DNA of 60,094 nt from Trichinella spiralis (lineage: Eukaryota): NCBI RefSeq assembly GCF_000181795.1, contig NW_003526941.1, positions 750,266 to 810,359 of the forward strand, given 5' to 3'. This document shows, piece by piece, positions 54,490 to 60,094 of this stretch (position 1 is the stretch's first letter; each line of letters begins with the position of its first letter). A model generated the notes under the pieces. That model was not told where the DNA came from, did no database searches, and saw only the letters and a program-made list of their open reading frames with translations. A program made the translations under genes and the position numbers.

Positions 54490-55035
54490 AAATTCGAAAA
54501 TTTTCGAAAAAATACCTGAGGGAATGCCCTAGGCATAGCCTAAAAGCAAATAAAAATTTGCATATCCCCCCTGAAGGCAAATATTGTGCAATAAAATGCT
54601 TTCGGCGTAGCCTGCGGGAATATGCAAATTTTTATTTGCCCTGGGGGCATAGCCTGAGGCGACGCCTGCGGCTAAATTTCAAAAAATTTCGAAAATTTCG
54701 AAAAATTGCCTGAGGCATAGCCCCAGGCGTAGCCTGAGGGCAATAAAAATTTGCATATTACCCCCAGGCGATTAAAAATTTGCATAAAACCCCCCTTAGG
54801 TCAAATATTGTGCTATAAATTGCCTGGGGGATAGCCTTAGGGCATATGCAAATTTTTATTTGCCCTGGGGCATAGCCTGAGGGTAAAGCCTGGGGCTATA
54901 TTTTAAAAAATTCGAAATTTTCAAAAAATTGCCTGAGGCATAGCCCCAGGCTTAGCCTGAGGGCAATAAAAATTTGCATATTGCCCTGAGGCTATTAAAA
55001 ATTTGCATATTTTATTAAATAAATCGCCTCAGGCT
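54490..55035. repeat. Internally palindromic satellite (~200-220 bp unit, ~2.6 copies) rich in ATGCAAAT and GCCnnnGGC
   Basis: Units start at TTCGAAA runs near 54493, 54688 and 54911; perfect 20-bp inverted repeat 54546-54565 / 54620-54639; seven octamers. Confidence 0.9.
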
Positions 55036-55097
55036 TTTTTTAATTTGTAATTTCAAAATTCACCATACTTCTTTCTACCCTAAACACTTTTTACATT

Positions 55098-55240
55098 ACT
55101 TACCTTTCCACTACTTACCTCCACCTATCCAGTACTCACCATCACATATACCTTCACAATTATACTTACCTTCACACGTATTCTTACCTGACTTACCCTT
55201 AACTATTAAACAACTTACCTATTTTTCTTCGTACTTACCC
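55098..55240 (-). repeat. Mirror-image array of splice-donor motifs on the minus strand (about 9 copies of ACTTACC-like on +)
   Basis: ACTTACCT at 55098, 55113, 55164 and 55213, plus ACTCACC, TCTTACCT, ATATACCT and two ACTTACCC. Confidence 0.8.
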
Positions 55241-57366
55241 ATAGTCTGCTTCCTTGTCTTTTTAGACTGATTTACACTTTACGCTGTTTACTTAGTTATG
55301 TTGCCTTTAACTGAATCTCTGAATGAACTGAACTGAACCAGAACTAAAATGAATTCTTACCTAAATTTAAAACATTAGTACCAAACAATAATTATAAAAA
55401 GCAATTATAAAAACCTGAAAAACTAAAACGACAAAATTAACACTTCACAACTTTCATATTATACAAAAGTAAAATGTACATACGTCACCAAACCGAGCGG
55501 CATGAACTGGTGGTAGTACTTTGTGATGACGTATTTATCGACGTGATTACGAATCTTTGTAAAAAAACCATGTTCAATAACGGATAGTTACCAAAGAATG
55601 CAGCTATTTCATTCATCTATATCTAAACGTAATTTGATTCTGAAAATATTTGCAAAACAAGTGTGCTGAAAAGTATGTTGAACAAAATTGATATAAAACA
55701 GCCATATTATAAAAAATTAAAGACAACAGTGCATTGTTGTTCCTCAATTACTAAGTATACAAATTTTCATAAAAACTACTTGTTAGTCATACAACATTTG
55801 CCGTTCATGATGCAACCCTCAAGAGTTATGCGCTGAAATTTTCAATTAAACATTCTTAGCATGTGATAAGCAACACCGCAGTGTGGATGCTATCACTCAT
55901 CAATAAAAAACAAAATCTGTACTTACAAAATACTAAAACTTACCTACTCACATAATACTCTACAAAAATACTCACCAAACGCACTGATGGCAACACGCAC
56001 TACCACACTTGTATGATGTATCCGAAAACAAGGGCAAATCGACTATATTCACGACATATGCTACTATTACAATCATTATTTAATTATATGTTACTCCTGC
56101 GATAAGCGAAGCCACACATTTCTGGAGCAATGCTGGGTAACGCCATTCAGCCAACTTAAACTAACGCAGGAGTATGAACGAGCTCGAAGTTGATGATGTT
56201 ATCCATTCCTACAATGGGCAAAATGTGTACTTATTTTTGTGATGGCACATTTAGAACGCATTGAGGTAAACGTGACATACCATGTTGGCAACAGCAACAA
56301 GAATTCCAAAAAGTTTCAATTATGTTGACGCACACTATTTAATTCGATAACTAGAAGCATGCAGGATCAGATATAATTGGAATTAGAAGACATTAATAAT
56401 AGTAACAGATTATAGATGATCAATTACTTACAGATTTTTGTACATCTTTTCAATCCATTGAGGGAAACCTGAACCACCATTAGAGAAAGATATTCAAATT
56501 TATAGAAATAGTTGCACAGCACTGACACAACCCATTGCTATAACAAAGTGCATAAAATTCATTCTTACTGTGACGATGAAGAAAGCCAGAAAGCGGAACT
56601 GTTGAGATACATGACTGATCACGGTAGAAACATGAACAGAGCGATAGTCAAACTAAAAAATACATACTAAATAACACAGCAAAATAAAACATTGGATTAC
56701 AAAATTAATGAAATTCAAATACCATCGTGATGCACTGTTATTCGGCTTCAATCACTTTTTATAATACGGCTGTTTCTCATAAGTATCATTTCAACCGCTG
56801 AGTTCATATAAAACGCACGTAACGTAATAAACAGAACAGAAATAAAGAAAGAATAAAGTTGAAATTATTTAATAGGTAATTTGTCACATAAACAGAATAT
56901 TTTTTACCTACACTCTTGTACCTACACCTACTCTTTTTACCCATCCATTTTATAAATAGGAAAGATAAAAAGGAATAAATTTTATAAGTTTCTAATGTAA
57001 AATTCAAATTTCAAATTTTCAAAAATCAAAGGCAACCAATCTACAATATTACTTACATTAAGTTGCACGTACGAATACAATAGCAGACTTGCTGCTGACG
57101 GCGTTGCTAACTTACAATCTAAATATCTCGCAAATAATCATTTTGCGCAGCTGCTTGTTGGCCATCATTTTTATTGAAATTTCACGGAAATAAACAAGAT
57201 TGCAAATCAACAGCAGATGAAAATAATTATGATGCATAGTGGCTGCATCTTCTCATGATAGGATTTTTTATATTCATTGATATGAAAATAAAATAATGTA
57301 AACTCTAAAAATGAATTATATTAATGCAGTCATCTCTAAATAAAAACAGAAATAGATGCTTCTTCG

Positions 57367-60094
57367 TCTTCAGCATCTGATGTTCCTGAAAGTTAGCAAT
57401 AACAACAATAGAAAAGAAACCCGTCAGTTTCCATTCACCATATAAGTAAAGTAACATGCATAGCATGCCACCACCAAAATATCAAATCCAACTTACCAGT
57501 TATTCATGGATGGTGTTGAAAAGCGCAATTATAGTTGACCACGTGCTAGATTGATACCATTGCAGTGAACTGCATAACCTAATAAAATCGATGTGCTTGG
57601 TCAATTGTATAATAAGTAAATTATGCAAATGACTATTTACTTTGCTTCAGGAAGAATAACCTAATTTTCCATCACTAATAGTGCAGTAAAATAAACATTA
57701 TGAGCAACATTATAAAACGAGACGATGAAATTTATTACGTTTTTATTTACTCACTTCCTATTACTACGTAATATTGCATTGTTATGCAAATCTTTTCCCT
57801 AAAATTACCTAAAACGTAAAGTTATTAACATAAAGCATCGCAAATTACTAAAAATAAACGGAAATGTTATCACTGCGTATTTATGCATGTTGTGGAATTT
57901 AGTTGCTTCAAAGTACAAGGTGATTCAATAAATTATATTTTATCAGTGCTTTTCTTCTAATCAAAATTATAATTTTAAATAGCTCCCACTGAAAATAGTT
58001 GCGAAAATAAAATACTTTTTCAGATTTATGGAAAATTAAACAGTTGTAATGAAATTTTGTAATATGCAGTTTATGTCAGTACAGAAGTCAACAAGTGCGC
58101 AGCGTAGACATAATGTTGTTAAGCGGCTGTTCCATGGGGTATGCCGCTTGACAGCTCACCTCCACGTTCGTTTGCGCCTTAGGATAATTTATAGCAAGAC
58201 TGCAAACTTGGTTGAGCACTGCATCAGCGCGCTTCATACAATGTGAGAAAAACCCTAATCGCAGAAATTCAGTAACTGACCGATTTGCAATGAATTCAAG
58301 AAACTTATGCGGGTGACATTTCTGTATTGCTTTTTATGAAAAGAATGAAACAAAAGAATCACGAGTAGCCTGGATTTTGTTATATTGCTAGTCGATAACA
58401 ATTATGAGAAATTAGATTTATACGAGATAAAAACAGCCAAGTGCTGTTCATTCAGCTGGAAATAGGGGGTGGGCAGCATTTTCAGTTGAATGTGATCTCT
58501 GTTCAGCTTAGTATTATTACGGGCTCAGTGATGGGGAACATTAGAAAGGAAAGGAGGGCGGGAAAGCATAGCTGGAAGGAATGAGCAAGAAATTGAAGGT
58601 TGGAGGAGGTGGAAGTTGTCATATGCGTTCTTCCACTCAATCATCACGTATAATATTCAGGCGTTGCTTCATTTATCAATACTGACAACATTCATGGGCA
58701 TTGAGTTATTTTCTCAATGACATAAAATAGGTGCATCTGTATAAGTCAGTGCTATGGGCCATACAATATCATAAAAGAAACTTTAAGGAGTCATTTCACA
58801 AATGAAGGGCACGTTACTGCCATTCTGAAAGTATCAAAGGTGGTAGTATAAAAGTATGTTCTCTAGCTAACAGCAGCTTTCCTATGTCATGCTGAAACAA
58901 TCTTGTGCACGATTTGAGCAGTGACAAGCATTTAGGGGTGCGATTGTGCGACTGCAGTATCCCGATGACAGACATTTCCTTTAAACAATTGGGCAAGTAT
59001 GTTACCTTAGCAATAAACATTACAGTGGGCAGTAAAGATAATGCGGGAGGGGTTCAACTGCTATGTCAGAGTACTACTTTACATATGGATTTGTAAGGAC
59101 GATTGAAAATTATAGCAAAATATACCATTAGTACTATTATATAATGGCTTGGCCGTAATAAAGTCTCGAATATTAGTTGAACATCATTACTGAAGAACAA
59201 CGCGCTAGTTTCCATTCAAAAAGACTACAAGCAAACAACTCGAAAAGCTTAAAAAGCGCGCATGTTTAGTGCAGTGTGCCAAGAGAAAGAAAAAAAACAT
59301 TGTATGAAAAATAGCAAATATAAGAAAATTCATACCTGTCAGCAGACCTATCAGGGATGACGTATAAAGCAAACGTAGAGTCATACATTTTGTAACTGAT
59401 GTTCATGGTTTCTTCATATTTTTAGTCTCGCAATCGCAACGTAATTGTTGCAGTGAAGCATCGAAATGACCAAATAACGCAATGCTGTAAGTAAATAGAC
59501 CGCCCTTCAGCAGCGAACATTTATACTATAATGGAGTTCCTTCAATAAACAGAAATTTATATAAGGAGCATTGCTACCGTATTTGAATAGCAGAAAGTGC
59601 ACGTAGCAGAATGCCAACGGCAGTGTTTACCATCACATTTGCATAAAGTTACTCTTCTGACCTAGAAATGCATGTATGCTTTGAAAACGTATAACAATGC
59701 AATGAGCTAACAACAAAGATTATAATAATTGCTGAACAAAAACAAAATCCTGAATACGTTACAGATCAAAGCCACTATCTATCACAAATAATATTATGGC
59801 ATAAATTAAAGAAGTATAAAATAGTGTCTTACGTAAATGGGCTGCATTGGCACGATAATAATATGACGCAGTATTCAGCAAAATTCATTCATTAATTTAA
59901 AGGAACTGATTATTTAGTGAACATTTCAATCAGACTTTGATCAACCACTTTTAAGAGAAGAAAAATGAATGCAAAAAACAGAAGAATGGCAAAACATGAC
60001 ATTTACTTAAAACACAAGCATAATGAATTGATTATTTTATGTAATGCACATGCAGCTGAGTACTGAAAATGTGCATCGCGGTGTCATTTTAAAA
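57367..60094 (-). repeat. Right arm of the large inverted repeat (runs to the window end)
   Basis: Starts tcttcagcatctgatgttcctgaaag; collinear in reverse with the left arm with scattered substitutions. Confidence 0.95.

Noticed and set aside
54087..54713. Track ORFs 54087-54536, 54395-54580 and 54441-54713 as proteins
   Set aside because: Low-complexity translations of the donor array and satellite; no recognisable domain.
54490..55035. CRISPR-like array
   Set aside because: Eukaryotic context, no constant repeat with unique spacers, no cas genes; it is a degenerate tandem satellite.
54106..55240. Spliced-leader RNA or U1 snRNA gene cluster
   Set aside because: Donors are often only 11-13 nt apart with no repeated ~22-nt leader or canonical Sm site; ATACTTACCT at ~55162 is not followed by U1 body sequence.
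50985..59096. Short mirrored ORFs in the inverted-repeat arms as transposase fragments
   Set aside because: 60-70 aa with no DDE, HUH or RT motif recognised; similarity simply reflects arm identity.

Overview
AT-rich eukaryotic genomic DNA with many short GT-AG introns. Gene content and density (DUF273, operon-like spacing) point to a nematode, most plausibly a Trichinella-like clade I species; this is inference. Bases 1-41000 are a dense housekeeping cluster: EXTL3/rib-2 (-), then on + a small membrane protein, UTP15, LSM2, DNLZ, RPS13, COQ4, FCF2, NDUFV1, NTE/sws, COA4, a secreted Kunitz-like protein, a GC-rich intronless DUF273 gene, PSME4 and ASTE1, then a CCDC137-like gene (-). LSM2 to FCF2 has operon-like spacing. 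NTE carries a pair of equal-length mutually exclusive exons encoding two versions (DGC vs DGG) of the catalytic-Asp motif. About 6 kb is repeated across a 10-N gap (38991-45046 vs 45057-~51075), possibly an assembly or haplotype artefact. The most unusual structure is in the last 10 kb: a giant non-coding palindrome with near-identical arms of at least 2.7 kb and diverged but mirrored inner arms. Its centre is a ~550 bp satellite packed with ATGCAAAT octamers and GCCnnnGGC palindromes, flanked on both sides by inward-pointing arrays of 5' splice-donor consensus sites (AG|GTRAGT). Multi-exon gene spans were assembled by eye; no searches were run.
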